From NCBI GenBank assembly GCA_045648785.1, contig JAZROP010000018.1, positions 4,311 to 68,310 of the forward strand: DNA of 64,000 nt, read 5' to 3'. Positions 19,162 to 28,275 of the stretch are shown here, piece by piece. The position numbers were made by a program, and so were the translations under genes. Position 1 is the stretch's first letter; every line of letters starts with the position of its first letter. The notes under the pieces are model-generated. The model was not told the DNA's origin, ran no database searches, and worked only from the letters and a program-made list of their open reading frames with translations. Source of the DNA: Clostridia bacterium. GTDB taxonomy: Bacteria > Bacillota > Clostridia > RUG12999.

Positions 19162-19848
19162 TTATCTTTCTCCAAAAATTGCACGGCCGACACGAACCAT
19201 ATTGCTGCCTTCCTCTATTGCAATTTCAAAATCATTACTCATTCCCATGGACAAAATATCCATCTTTATATTATCATATATTTTCTTCCGTTTGTCAACA
19301 AAAATTTTATTGCATTCTCTGAAAATTTCACGACTGACCGACATTTTTCCACTTTCTATCGGCGGTATGGTCATAAGCCCCTTCACGAAAATTCCTTTCA
19401 TTGAGGAAACTTCTTCTAAAAATTCGTCAAGCTCCTGCGGTGCAAGCCCTGATTTGGACTCCTCTCCCGAAATGTTAAGCTGGATGAGGATATCCATCAC
19501 TTTTCCGTAACTGAGTGCCTTATTGGAAATCTCTTTTGCAAGTTTTAAGGAGTCTACCGAATGTATCATTTCCACTTTGTCTGCAATATATTTAACTTTA
19601 TTTGACTGAAGATGTCCGATAAGATGAATTTTTGCTTTCTTATTTATATCATCAATCTTGGACATCAGCTCCTGAACACGATTTTCTCCTATGTCAGTTA
19701 TTCCTGCAGCAATTCCCTCATTTATTATATCTGCGCCGTGTGTTTTTGTAACCCCGATAAGCGTTATTTCCTCAGGATTTCTCCCTACACGGGCACACGC
19801 ATTTTCTATTTTTTCTTTTACCCGTTTAACATTTTCGGCAATGCTCAT
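19162..19848 (-). CDS. yggS: PLP homeostasis protein YggS/YlmE
   Basis: GVTKT; GENRVQE; HLIGHLQSNK; LSMGMSNDF; VRVGRAIFG. Confidence 0.95.
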   Translation of the reverse strand: MSIAENVKRVKEKIENACARVGRNPEEITLIGVTKTHGADIINEGIAAGITDIGENRVQELMSKIDDINKKAKIHLIGHLQSNKVKYIADKVEMIHSVDSLKLAKEISNKALSYGKVMDILIQLNISGEESKSGLAPQELDEFLEEVSSMKGIFVKGLMTIPPIESGKMSVSREIFRECNKIFVDKRKKIYDNIKMDILSMGMSNDFEIAIEEGSNMVRVGRAIFGER

Positions 19849-21023
19849 TTACCATCCACCTTAACCTTGTCATAAAATTCCAGATTTCCGCCCTCTTTAA
19901 TTATGGCGAAATCCGCATCCTTAAACAGGACTTCAACCTCTGTTTCTTTTCCCCCGCCGCCTTTTTGTACAGTTACATAATCTTTCCCGTCAACAGTGTA
20001 AACCGCTTTGGCAGGAATCCGAAGTCCTTCATAGCTTTCAATTAGAATATTTATTTTAACTTTGCGCGCCGTAAGGATGTTGTATATCTCATTTGTTCCC
20101 GATATGAACATTACAACCTTGCCGTCTTCCGGCTCCGATTTTTTATATACCGTGCAACCAAGAGTTTTATCCCCCTCTTCCGGGAATGACACCCTGACTC
20201 TCTTTCCTACCGGCACTTTTTCCGCTACTTGCTCTGAGCATAAAGCTGCCAGTAGCCATTGGGTATTGTCAGTAATTTTGCATACCGGATATGGATATAT
20301 TTCCTCATCTGCCTTATACTCATCTCTACCCAGATATTCCTCTACCGCAGACGGTGTAAGCGTTTGAGCACTTTCAAAAGAAAGTGTTTTTTCAAGTCCA
20401 TCCGCAGATGCAACAAATACACCGCTTCTCGGAGCACTTAATGTCTGTCTAGCAGCCCCAAGCCGCCCTTCAAGCTCGATTTTCTGTCTGTTTAAATTAC
20501 CTAAAATGCTTTCCTTGCTGCCCTTTTCATTTTTCACTATATTATTTTTTCTCTCTATCAGCAAATCTATTTCATTTCTGATTTCATTTATGGCTTTCTG
20601 GTCACCCACGGCCGCAAGTGCCGAAATTTGTTTTGTATAAGAGAATATTTTGTTATCTATCGAAAAGATATCATTTGTCAGCGCTTTGTCGGTGGATTCA
20701 GCCATTGAGGCTTCACGGATTTTCTGGTTTATTACATTAAGCTGTTTAACAACTTCAACATCCGGCTCCCCCTTGCAAAACCAACCTACTGCTTCACCTG
20801 CCCAGACCTTGTTTTCGCTTTCCACAACATTCTGAAAATACCCCTGACCGTCAACCGTGATAGGTGTTTCCGTCCTGAGAACAAGTGCATAATCATCTAT
20901 TTCCACTTTATATTCGCCAAACGCTGCCGTAGCCTCGCTCTGCGGGTTCATAATTCTCCCGTAAACAGACCAGAGCACTATAAGCGCCACAAATATGAGA
21001 ATAAGAGGAATTGATTTTTTCAT
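19845..21023 (-). CDS. Membrane-anchored HlyD/membrane-fusion-like coiled-coil protein
   Basis: N-terminal TM; long coiled coil; APRSGVF..DGLE hairpin; GLRIP barrel end. Confidence 0.7.
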   Translation of the reverse strand: MKKSIPLILIFVALIVLWSVYGRIMNPQSEATAAFGEYKVEIDDYALVLRTETPITVDGQGYFQNVVESENKVWAGEAVGWFCKGEPDVEVVKQLNVINQKIREASMAESTDKALTNDIFSIDNKIFSYTKQISALAAVGDQKAINEIRNEIDLLIERKNNIVKNEKGSKESILGNLNRQKIELEGRLGAARQTLSAPRSGVFVASADGLEKTLSFESAQTLTPSAVEEYLGRDEYKADEEIYPYPVCKITDNTQWLLAALCSEQVAEKVPVGKRVRVSFPEEGDKTLGCTVYKKSEPEDGKVVMFISGTNEIYNILTARKVKINILIESYEGLRIPAKAVYTVDGKDYVTVQKGGGGKETEVEVLFKDADFAIIKEGGNLEFYDKVKVDGK

Positions 21024-21934
21024 CTTAGACTACTCCTTACCTCATCTGAGAGAACATCATAATCGATTTTCTCCGCATCAAGCCATATCATATCGTTTCT
21101 TTTAAACCAGGTAATCTGCCGCTTGGCATAGCGGCGAGTCGCCTGTTTTATTTCTTCTGCCATTTCCTCAAGTGTTACTTTGCCGTCAAGATAATCCAAA
21201 ACTTCCTTGTATCCAATCCCTTGCATGGAGGTATTATCTCTCCTGCAGCCCATTTCTACAAGTTTTTTAACCTCATCGACAAGTCCCTGCTCAATCATTA
21301 TGTCAACCCGCCTGTTAATTCTGTCATAAAGTACCGCGCGGTCATAATTTATGCCGTACTGAACCGCCTTGTAAATTGGTGGTTTTATACTGTCTTTCAG
21401 GCTTTCTGTCATGGTTTTTCCGGTACTTTCATATATTTCAATTGCGCGCATAACCCTTTTCACATTGTTAGGGTGTATTCTCTCTGCACTTTCCGGGTCA
21501 ACCGCCCGAAGTCTGTTATGCAACGCCTCGTTACCATTTTTTTCTGCAAACTCCGTTAATTTTTCACGAATTATAATGGTATCCTGCTCGTCTGTCAATT
21601 CTATGTTGTTTACCAGAGAATTTATATAAAGTCCTGTTCCGCCCACTACAACAGCAAGCTTACCTCTTTCATGGATTTCTGCAATCACCTTTCTTGCAAG
21701 CGCAAGATAGTCGCCCAGCGAAAAATTTTCGGTAGGCTCTGCCACATCCATAAGATGATGAGGCACTCCTTCTTTTTCTTCTTTTGAAGGTTTGGCACTG
21801 CCAATATCCATATATTTATAAATCTGCATTGAATCGGCAGAAACAATTTCCCCGTCAAGCCGTTTTGCAAGCTCTACTGAAAGAGCCGTTTTACCCGACG
21901 CAGTGGGTCCGCCTATCACCAAAAGAGGTATCAT
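21020..21934 (-). CDS. miaA: tRNA dimethylallyltransferase
   Basis: GPTASGKT; SADSMQIY; VGGTGLY; TRRYAKRQITWF. Confidence 0.96.
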   Translation of the reverse strand: MIPLLVIGGPTASGKTALSVELAKRLDGEIVSADSMQIYKYMDIGSAKPSKEEKEGVPHHLMDVAEPTENFSLGDYLALARKVIAEIHERGKLAVVVGGTGLYINSLVNNIELTDEQDTIIIREKLTEFAEKNGNEALHNRLRAVDPESAERIHPNNVKRVMRAIEIYESTGKTMTESLKDSIKPPIYKAVQYGINYDRAVLYDRINRRVDIMIEQGLVDEVKKLVEMGCRRDNTSMQGIGYKEVLDYLDGKVTLEEMAEEIKQATRRYAKRQITWFKRNDMIWLDAEKIDYDVLSDEVRSSLR

Positions 21935-21956
21935 AACCTTTTTCCTCCACAGGAAT

Positions 21957-23750
21957 TTATTTTATCCGCACAAACTGTTTTTCCACAAAATTTTTAGTCA
22001 GTGCAATTATCGCCGGTCTGCCGTGCGGACAATTAACCGTTTTTTCTGTTTCAAAAAGTCGTCTCACAAGGTTTTCCATTTCAGCAAGGGAAAGTTTTTT
22101 CCCCGCCTTAATAGAGCCTCTGCAACTAATAGTTTCAAGCATTTTCAGCTTGCTTTCAGGAGTGATTTCGGTTTTATGGTTGCTGATAAGCGCCAAAATT
22201 TCCGAGAGTGCACCATCAATTTTATCAGTATCAAGCGCCTCCGGAACACCTCTTACAATTATGCTTCCCGCACCGAAATCCTCACATTCAAAACCTACTT
22301 GAGCAAGAAGCTCGATATTTTCTGAAGCTACTGCCTTTTCAACCGCTGAAAGATTGACTGTTTTGGGAACAAGTAGCTGCTGAGCGGAAATTTCCCCCTC
22401 GTCGTACTCTTTTTTTAGTTTGCCGTAGGTTATATGTTCGTGCGCTGCGTGCTGGTCTATCATCAGCATTTCCTCACCACGCTGAACAATAATGTATGTA
22501 TCAAAAATCTGCCCTATTATCTTATAGTCCTTGGCTGTTTCACTTTCAATCACTGTCTGCTGAGGAGACATGTTCTCCTGCATTATCACAGGCTTTTGAG
22601 CTTTTTTATAAACAGGCACAAACTCCTTTGGTTGCAATGGTGTTTTTACCGGCTCATACTGAATATTATCCTGTTTTAAAGAAGCCGCTTCCTGTTTCGG
22701 TAGAGGTTTGAAAACAGGCGCCTCGATTTCTTCTACTGCTGGCTGAATATCTATTTTTGGCATTTCGGGCACCGCAAAAGAATTCTTAACCGCATGGTAA
22801 ACCGCCCTGTAAATTCTGCCCTCATCGGAGAATTTCACTTCAAGCTTTGCCGGATGAACATTTATATCCACCTCGGTTGCCGGAATGTCAATTTTTAAAA
22901 TCGCCATAGGGTGCATTCCGTTGGGAATCATTCCTTTACACGCTTCTTCTACGGCATTTGCTATCATTCTGCTCACAACAGGTCGGTTGTTAACGAAAAA
23001 CATCTGCATGTTTCGGGTTTTTTTCGCCCCTGTTATGTCGCTGACATAACCGCCAACCCTTATCCCATCATTTTCAAGAGAAATTTCGGTCAACCTCTGA
23101 AGAGTATCTTTACCGTAAAGTGTGAAAATTGTATTTTTTAAAAGTCCGTCCCCGGGGGTGAAAAGCTTTTCTTTCCCATCACTAATAAATCTGAAAGACA
23201 CTTCCGGATGTGCAATCGCTGTTTTACGGACTGCTTCCTCGCAGTATCCCGCCTCGGTTGCTTCACGCTTTAAAAATTTAAGCCTTGCCGGTGTATTATA
23301 AAACAAATTGGACACCTTTATGGATGTGCCTACAAATCCTGGTGTTTCCACGGGATTTTTTATCTCGCCGTAATCGGCATTTGCGGTCATGCCAGTTTCA
23401 AATTCAGATGTTCTTGTGTAAAGCTCCACTTCCGCCACCGCCGCTATACTCGCAAGCGCCTCACCACGGAAACCGAGCGTGTAGATTGCATCAAGGTCTT
23501 CCGGCTTTGAAATTTTACTTGTTGCATGACGCATAAACGCCGCCGATGCGTCTTCGGGGTGAATTCCGCAGCCGTTATCTGTAACCTTAATCATTTTAAG
23601 TCCACCGCCCGAAATTTCAACCGTTACAACACCTGCGCCTGCGTCAACCGAGTTTTCTATCATTTCCTTAACCGCCGATGCAGGTCGTTCAACAACCTCA
23701 CCGGCCGCTATCATATTTGATAAATTTTTATCAAGAAGTTTAATAAACAT
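21957..23750 (-). CDS. mutL: DNA mismatch repair protein MutL
   Basis: IAAGEVVERP; GFRGEAL; DQHAAHE; SCR; CPHGRP. Confidence 0.96.
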   Translation of the reverse strand: MFIKLLDKNLSNMIAAGEVVERPASAVKEMIENSVDAGAGVVTVEISGGGLKMIKVTDNGCGIHPEDASAAFMRHATSKISKPEDLDAIYTLGFRGEALASIAAVAEVELYTRTSEFETGMTANADYGEIKNPVETPGFVGTSIKVSNLFYNTPARLKFLKREATEAGYCEEAVRKTAIAHPEVSFRFISDGKEKLFTPGDGLLKNTIFTLYGKDTLQRLTEISLENDGIRVGGYVSDITGAKKTRNMQMFFVNNRPVVSRMIANAVEEACKGMIPNGMHPMAILKIDIPATEVDINVHPAKLEVKFSDEGRIYRAVYHAVKNSFAVPEMPKIDIQPAVEEIEAPVFKPLPKQEAASLKQDNIQYEPVKTPLQPKEFVPVYKKAQKPVIMQENMSPQQTVIESETAKDYKIIGQIFDTYIIVQRGEEMLMIDQHAAHEHITYGKLKKEYDEGEISAQQLLVPKTVNLSAVEKAVASENIELLAQVGFECEDFGAGSIIVRGVPEALDTDKIDGALSEILALISNHKTEITPESKLKMLETISCRGSIKAGKKLSLAEMENLVRRLFETEKTVNCPHGRPAIIALTKNFVEKQFVRIK

Positions 23751-23762
23751 TTAAATTTCCCC

Positions 23763-26321
23763 TTACAGGAGTTTTTTAAGTTTGTATAAAATATTCATAC
23801 TTTCAATAGGAGTGAGCGTGTCGATGTCAATTTTCTTGAGTTCCTCCACAAGTACCAATGCCTCGCTCTGCTCAGCCTGAGCGGGCGATTTTTTTACGCT
23901 TTTTTCAATTTCGCCGCCTTCAAGTTTTTTGAGAATTTCTCTCGCACGACAAATTACATTGTCAGGAATTCCTGTAAGACGCGCAACCTCAACACCATAG
24001 CTGTTGTCCGCTCCGCCTTTTATAATCTTTCTGAGGAAGATTATGTTTCCGTCCCGTTCCTTTATGGCAACGCTGTAGTTTTTTACACCGTCTATTTTAT
24101 CTTCAAGCTCGGTAAGCTCGTGATAATGAGTTGCAAAGGTGGTTTTTGCGCCGCACACCGATTTATCCGCTGTATATTCGGCAACCGCCCATGCAATGGC
24201 AAGTCCATCGTAAGTGCTTGTCCCCCTGCCTATTTCGTCATAAACAATAAGACTGTCGGGAGTCGCGTTTTTCAGGATATTTGCCACCTCATTCATTTCC
24301 ACCATAAATGTACTCTGTCCTGATGCTAAATCGTCCGATGCACCGATACGAGTGAAAATCCCATCAACTATACCAATGTCCGCACTTTGGGCAGGAACAA
24401 AACTGCCAATCTGTGCCATAAGTGTTATAACGGCAATCTGCCTCATATAAGTGGATTTACCAGCCATATTGGGTCCGGTAATTATATTAAACCTGTTTTC
24501 GTCCTTATCCATCAGAGTATCATTTGGCACAAACATATCTTCCGTCAGCCGCTCAACAACGGGGTGCCTGCCCTGCTTTATCTCAATTTTTCCGTCGGTA
24601 TTAATCTGCGGTTTCACATAGTTATATTTAACCGCCGTCTCTGCAAAAGAGGCTATACAGTCAAGCACCGCAAGTTTTCTCGCAGTTTTCTGAATTCTCG
24701 CCTGCTCATTTGCAACTTTTTCACGAATATCCTCAAAAATGGCATATTCCAGCGCATCAATTTTATCCTTTGCACCAAGCACCATATCCTCAATTTCTTT
24801 GAGCCTTTGAGTAATAAATCTTTCAGCATTGACTGTAGTTTGTTTCCGGATATAATCTTCCGGAACCTTGTCAAGATTGGACCTTGAAACCTCTATATAA
24901 TAACCAAAAACCTTGTTATATTTAACCTTGAGGTTCTTTATGCCTGTTCTCTCGCGTTCCTCTGTCTCAACATCAGCAAGCCATGATGAGCCTTCTGTCA
25001 GTGCACGCCTGAGCTCGTCCAGTTTTTCGCTGTAGGTATCTTTAATAATACCCCCCTCGCGAAGAGAAACGGGAGCATCGTCCTTTATGCTCAGTTCAAT
25101 TAAATTTTTTACATCCTCGAGAGTGTCAAAATCATGCGTTATTTCTGTCAGCATTTCGCTTGTGCAACATTCCAGATCGAAAATTATTGCCGGAAGTGCT
25201 TTAAGTGATTCTTTTAAAGCCAGAAGGTCTTTTGCGATAGCACTCCTGCATACAATTCTGCCCAGAAGTCTTTCAATATCAAGTACATATTCAAGCTTTT
25301 CTCTGATACCCTCACGAAGCATCACATTTTCATACAGCTCAGCTACTCCGGACAGTCTTTTTTCAATAATCCCCCGGTTTATAAGAGGCTGGTCAATCCA
25401 TCTTCGGAGAAGCCTTGCACCCATTGCCGTTTTAGTTTTATCAAGCACCCATATAAGGCTGCCCTTGCGCGACTTTGTCCTGAGAGTTTCCGCAAGCTCC
25501 AGATTACGGCGCGTGGATGAATCCATATACACATACTGATTCATCTCATAATATGTAACGGCGTTAATATGGCTTACCTTTACTTTCTGTGTCTGCAAAA
25601 TATATCTAAGCGCACCGCCAATTGCTTTTTTTGTAAGCTGGTCCTCTTTTATTTCAGCCTTGCCGGCAAAATGCGTGTCAACATCTTCGTCGCTCATTTC
25701 AAAATATTCATAGGTGTCATATGTGATATAGCAGCCTACATTTTCAAGCAGATTTACAATATTATCATCCCCAGCCGCCTCCGGGGACAAAAGCGCCTCG
25801 GACGGCATAAGCCGTGCAACCTCACCATTTAAGCTGTGGTAAATTTCTTCTTTTATCTCGGTTGCAAAAAATTCGCCCGTAGAAAAGTCAAGAAATGCGG
25901 CTCCAAGCTCGCCGCCCTGTTTATAAACAGAAATAAGGAAGTTGTTGCGACTGCTATCAACGGCAGACTCGCTCATAACTGTAGATGGGGTCACAACGCG
26001 TATAACCCCTCTCTTTACAATTCCTTTAGCCGCTAACGGGTCCTCAATCTGTTCACAGATTGCAACCTTGTACCCTTTTGATACAAGCTTTACAATATAT
26101 CCCTCGCTGCTGTGAAAAGGTATGCCGCACATGGGCGCCCTTTCCTCCATGCCGCAATCTCTGCCTGTAAGAGTCAGCCCAAGTTCACAGGACGCCTTTT
26201 TCGCATCCTCAAAAAACATTTCATAAAAGTCGCCCAGCCTGTAAAACAAAATGCAGTCCTGATACTGCTCTTTTATCTCAAAATACTGAAGCATCATTGG
26301 TGTATATGGCAAAGAAAACAC
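23763..26321 (-). CDS. mutS: DNA mismatch repair protein MutS
   Basis: TPMMLQY; GDFYEMF; TGPNMAGKST; STFMVEM; DEIGRGT; ATHYHEL. Confidence 0.97.
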   Translation of the reverse strand: MFSLPYTPMMLQYFEIKEQYQDCILFYRLGDFYEMFFEDAKKASCELGLTLTGRDCGMEERAPMCGIPFHSSEGYIVKLVSKGYKVAICEQIEDPLAAKGIVKRGVIRVVTPSTVMSESAVDSSRNNFLISVYKQGGELGAAFLDFSTGEFFATEIKEEIYHSLNGEVARLMPSEALLSPEAAGDDNIVNLLENVGCYITYDTYEYFEMSDEDVDTHFAGKAEIKEDQLTKKAIGGALRYILQTQKVKVSHINAVTYYEMNQYVYMDSSTRRNLELAETLRTKSRKGSLIWVLDKTKTAMGARLLRRWIDQPLINRGIIEKRLSGVAELYENVMLREGIREKLEYVLDIERLLGRIVCRSAIAKDLLALKESLKALPAIIFDLECCTSEMLTEITHDFDTLEDVKNLIELSIKDDAPVSLREGGIIKDTYSEKLDELRRALTEGSSWLADVETEERERTGIKNLKVKYNKVFGYYIEVSRSNLDKVPEDYIRKQTTVNAERFITQRLKEIEDMVLGAKDKIDALEYAIFEDIREKVANEQARIQKTARKLAVLDCIASFAETAVKYNYVKPQINTDGKIEIKQGRHPVVERLTEDMFVPNDTLMDKDENRFNIITGPNMAGKSTYMRQIAVITLMAQIGSFVPAQSADIGIVDGIFTRIGASDDLASGQSTFMVEMNEVANILKNATPDSLIVYDEIGRGTSTYDGLAIAWAVAEYTADKSVCGAKTTFATHYHELTELEDKIDGVKNYSVAIKERDGNIIFLRKIIKGGADNSYGVEVARLTGIPDNVICRAREILKKLEGGEIEKSVKKSPAQAEQSEALVLVEELKKIDIDTLTPIESMNILYKLKKLL

Positions 26322-26340
26322 TCCCTGTCCTTATAATTGA

Positions 26341-26736
26341 TTAGTGGCATCCTCCACAGGCAGTGCAGTTTCCTGAACATCCGCCCTGCTGTTCTTCTTC
26401 GCCCGTTACATAAAAATGAATTATGCTGTTAACCTCAGATAGAAGCTTTTCCGCATCCTGCTTTGCTTCAAGAAATTCTTTTATTACGGGGTTAAGGCAA
26501 AGCGCGCCATACTCCGCTGTCATCTTCTGACGGATTTTTATCATTTCGGATGGTTTTATATCATCTTTTGTAAGTTCTTTTGCAAGCTCTTCGCTCTTTT
26601 TGCCATATTCCTCGGTGAGGCGAAGCGCTTCGTCATCAGCGTGATATGCTTCATCCGCTGCTCTGTATCTTAAAAATTCGTCACTGCCCGACATCGCTTC
26701 TCCAAGCTGTTTTGCAAGTTCGATTACTTTATTCAT
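26341..26736 (-). CDS. YlbF/RicA-like (Com_YlbF) protein with Cys-rich tail
   Basis: Helical YlbF-like body (ELAKQLGEAM..EF..Y; NPVIKEFL); ends GGCSGNCTACGGCH; lies between miaB and mutS. Confidence 0.8.
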   Translation of the reverse strand: MNKVIELAKQLGEAMSGSDEFLRYRAADEAYHADDEALRLTEEYGKKSEELAKELTKDDIKPSEMIKIRQKMTAEYGALCLNPVIKEFLEAKQDAEKLLSEVNSIIHFYVTGEEEQQGGCSGNCTACGGCH

Positions 26737-26738
26737 TG

Positions 26739-28106
26739 TTATCTCTCCTCAATTTCTCCGGTCAGATAAAAAGATTTGACCTCATTTATTTTTACATTTA
26801 CATATTTGCCGATAAGTTCTTCATTTCCGGGGAAATGAACTATTTTACCGCCGTCTGTTCTGCCGCTTAAAAGGTTTTCGTCCGTTTTGCTCTTATCGTC
26901 AACCAGAATTTCAATCCTTTTACCAAGATACTTTTTATTATTCTCAAGCTGAATTTCTTTCTGCACCTCAAGCAGTCTTGAAAGATTTTCACTTTTTTCC
27001 TCGTCCGGGATAATATCATCCATTTTTGCAGCAGGAGTGCCGCTGCGTTTTGAATATATAAAACTGAAAATTCCATCATACCGAACTTTTTTTATTATAT
27101 CCAGTGTGTCCTCAAATTCCTCTTTTGTCTCATTAGGAAATCCCACTATAATATCCGTGGTAAGTGTGATGTCCGGCATTGCTTTACGAAGTTTCTCCAC
27201 AAGCTTAAGATAATCTTCCCTTGTGTATTTCCGGTTCATATCCTTAAGCACACGGTTGCTCCCCGCCTGAACGGGCAAATGAAGCTGACGGCAAACCTTG
27301 TCACATTCCGACATAGCTAAAATCAGCTCGTCCGACAAATCTTTCGGATGGGATGTCATAAACCTTATCCGTTTTATTCCGTCAATTTCATTTATTTTTC
27401 TGAGAAGTCCGGCAAAGTTTATTCCATCTTCAAGGTCTTTGCCGTAGGAGTTTACATTCTGCCCTAAAAGAGTAATTTCAGTAACTCCTTTTAATGCAAG
27501 CTCTTTTACCTCGCAAACAATATTTTCCCACCTGCGCGACCGTTCTCTGCCTCTTGTGTAGGGCACAATGCAGTAGCTGCAGAAATTGTTGCAACCATAA
27601 ATTATGCTTACATTTGCAGATGCGCTCTCTTTCCTCTTTTTGGGAAGTCCTTCCACAAGTTCACTTTTTTCTTCTATTTCAAACACGCGTTTGCCTGTTT
27701 CAAGCCTTTTAAGAAGCTTTTGGGGAAATTTTTCGATTCCATGAGTGCCGAAAACTATATCAACATAAGGGTATGATTTTTTCAGCTTATCAGCCGGGCC
27801 GGGCCTCTGAGTCATACAACCGCAAATTACAATTATCAGGTCGTGATTTTTCTCTTTAAGTTTTTTAAACGCCCCCACATTGCCGTAAATTCTGTCCTCT
27901 GCTCCCTCACGAACCGCACAGGTATTTATTACAATAATATCCGCCTCTGATGGCTCATCGGTGAACTCAAATCCCATAACTTCAAGCATGCCCCTAATGG
28001 TTTCCATATCAGCCTCATTCTGTGCACACCCATAAAATTTTGTGTAAGCCTTTTTTGTGCCGTCCGATAAGATGCGGCAACGCAGTTTTTCGTATATATT
28101 ATCCAT
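26739..28106 (-). CDS. miaB: tRNA-2-methylthio-N6-isopentenyladenosine synthase (radical SAM)
   Basis: NTCAVRE; CNNFCSYCIVPYTRGRERSR; FMTSHP; TRAM domain. Confidence 0.93.
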   Translation of the reverse strand: MDNIYEKLRCRILSDGTKKAYTKFYGCAQNEADMETIRGMLEVMGFEFTDEPSEADIIVINTCAVREGAEDRIYGNVGAFKKLKEKNHDLIIVICGCMTQRPGPADKLKKSYPYVDIVFGTHGIEKFPQKLLKRLETGKRVFEIEEKSELVEGLPKKRKESASANVSIIYGCNNFCSYCIVPYTRGRERSRRWENIVCEVKELALKGVTEITLLGQNVNSYGKDLEDGINFAGLLRKINEIDGIKRIRFMTSHPKDLSDELILAMSECDKVCRQLHLPVQAGSNRVLKDMNRKYTREDYLKLVEKLRKAMPDITLTTDIIVGFPNETKEEFEDTLDIIKKVRYDGIFSFIYSKRSGTPAAKMDDIIPDEEKSENLSRLLEVQKEIQLENNKKYLGKRIEILVDDKSKTDENLLSGRTDGGKIVHFPGNEELIGKYVNVKINEVKSFYLTGEIEER

Positions 28107-28275
28107 ATTTTAAGCCGTCATCTCCTTTCGATTACAGCTATGACTAATTATACCACAAATCTGGTTTGTTTTCAAGTGTAAATATATTAAAATATATTAA
28201 TACTTGAAATTTTTTCCGTCTGTGGTATAATATATAAATATACAGAAAAAATACTTTTTCAGGAGAGATAAATCC

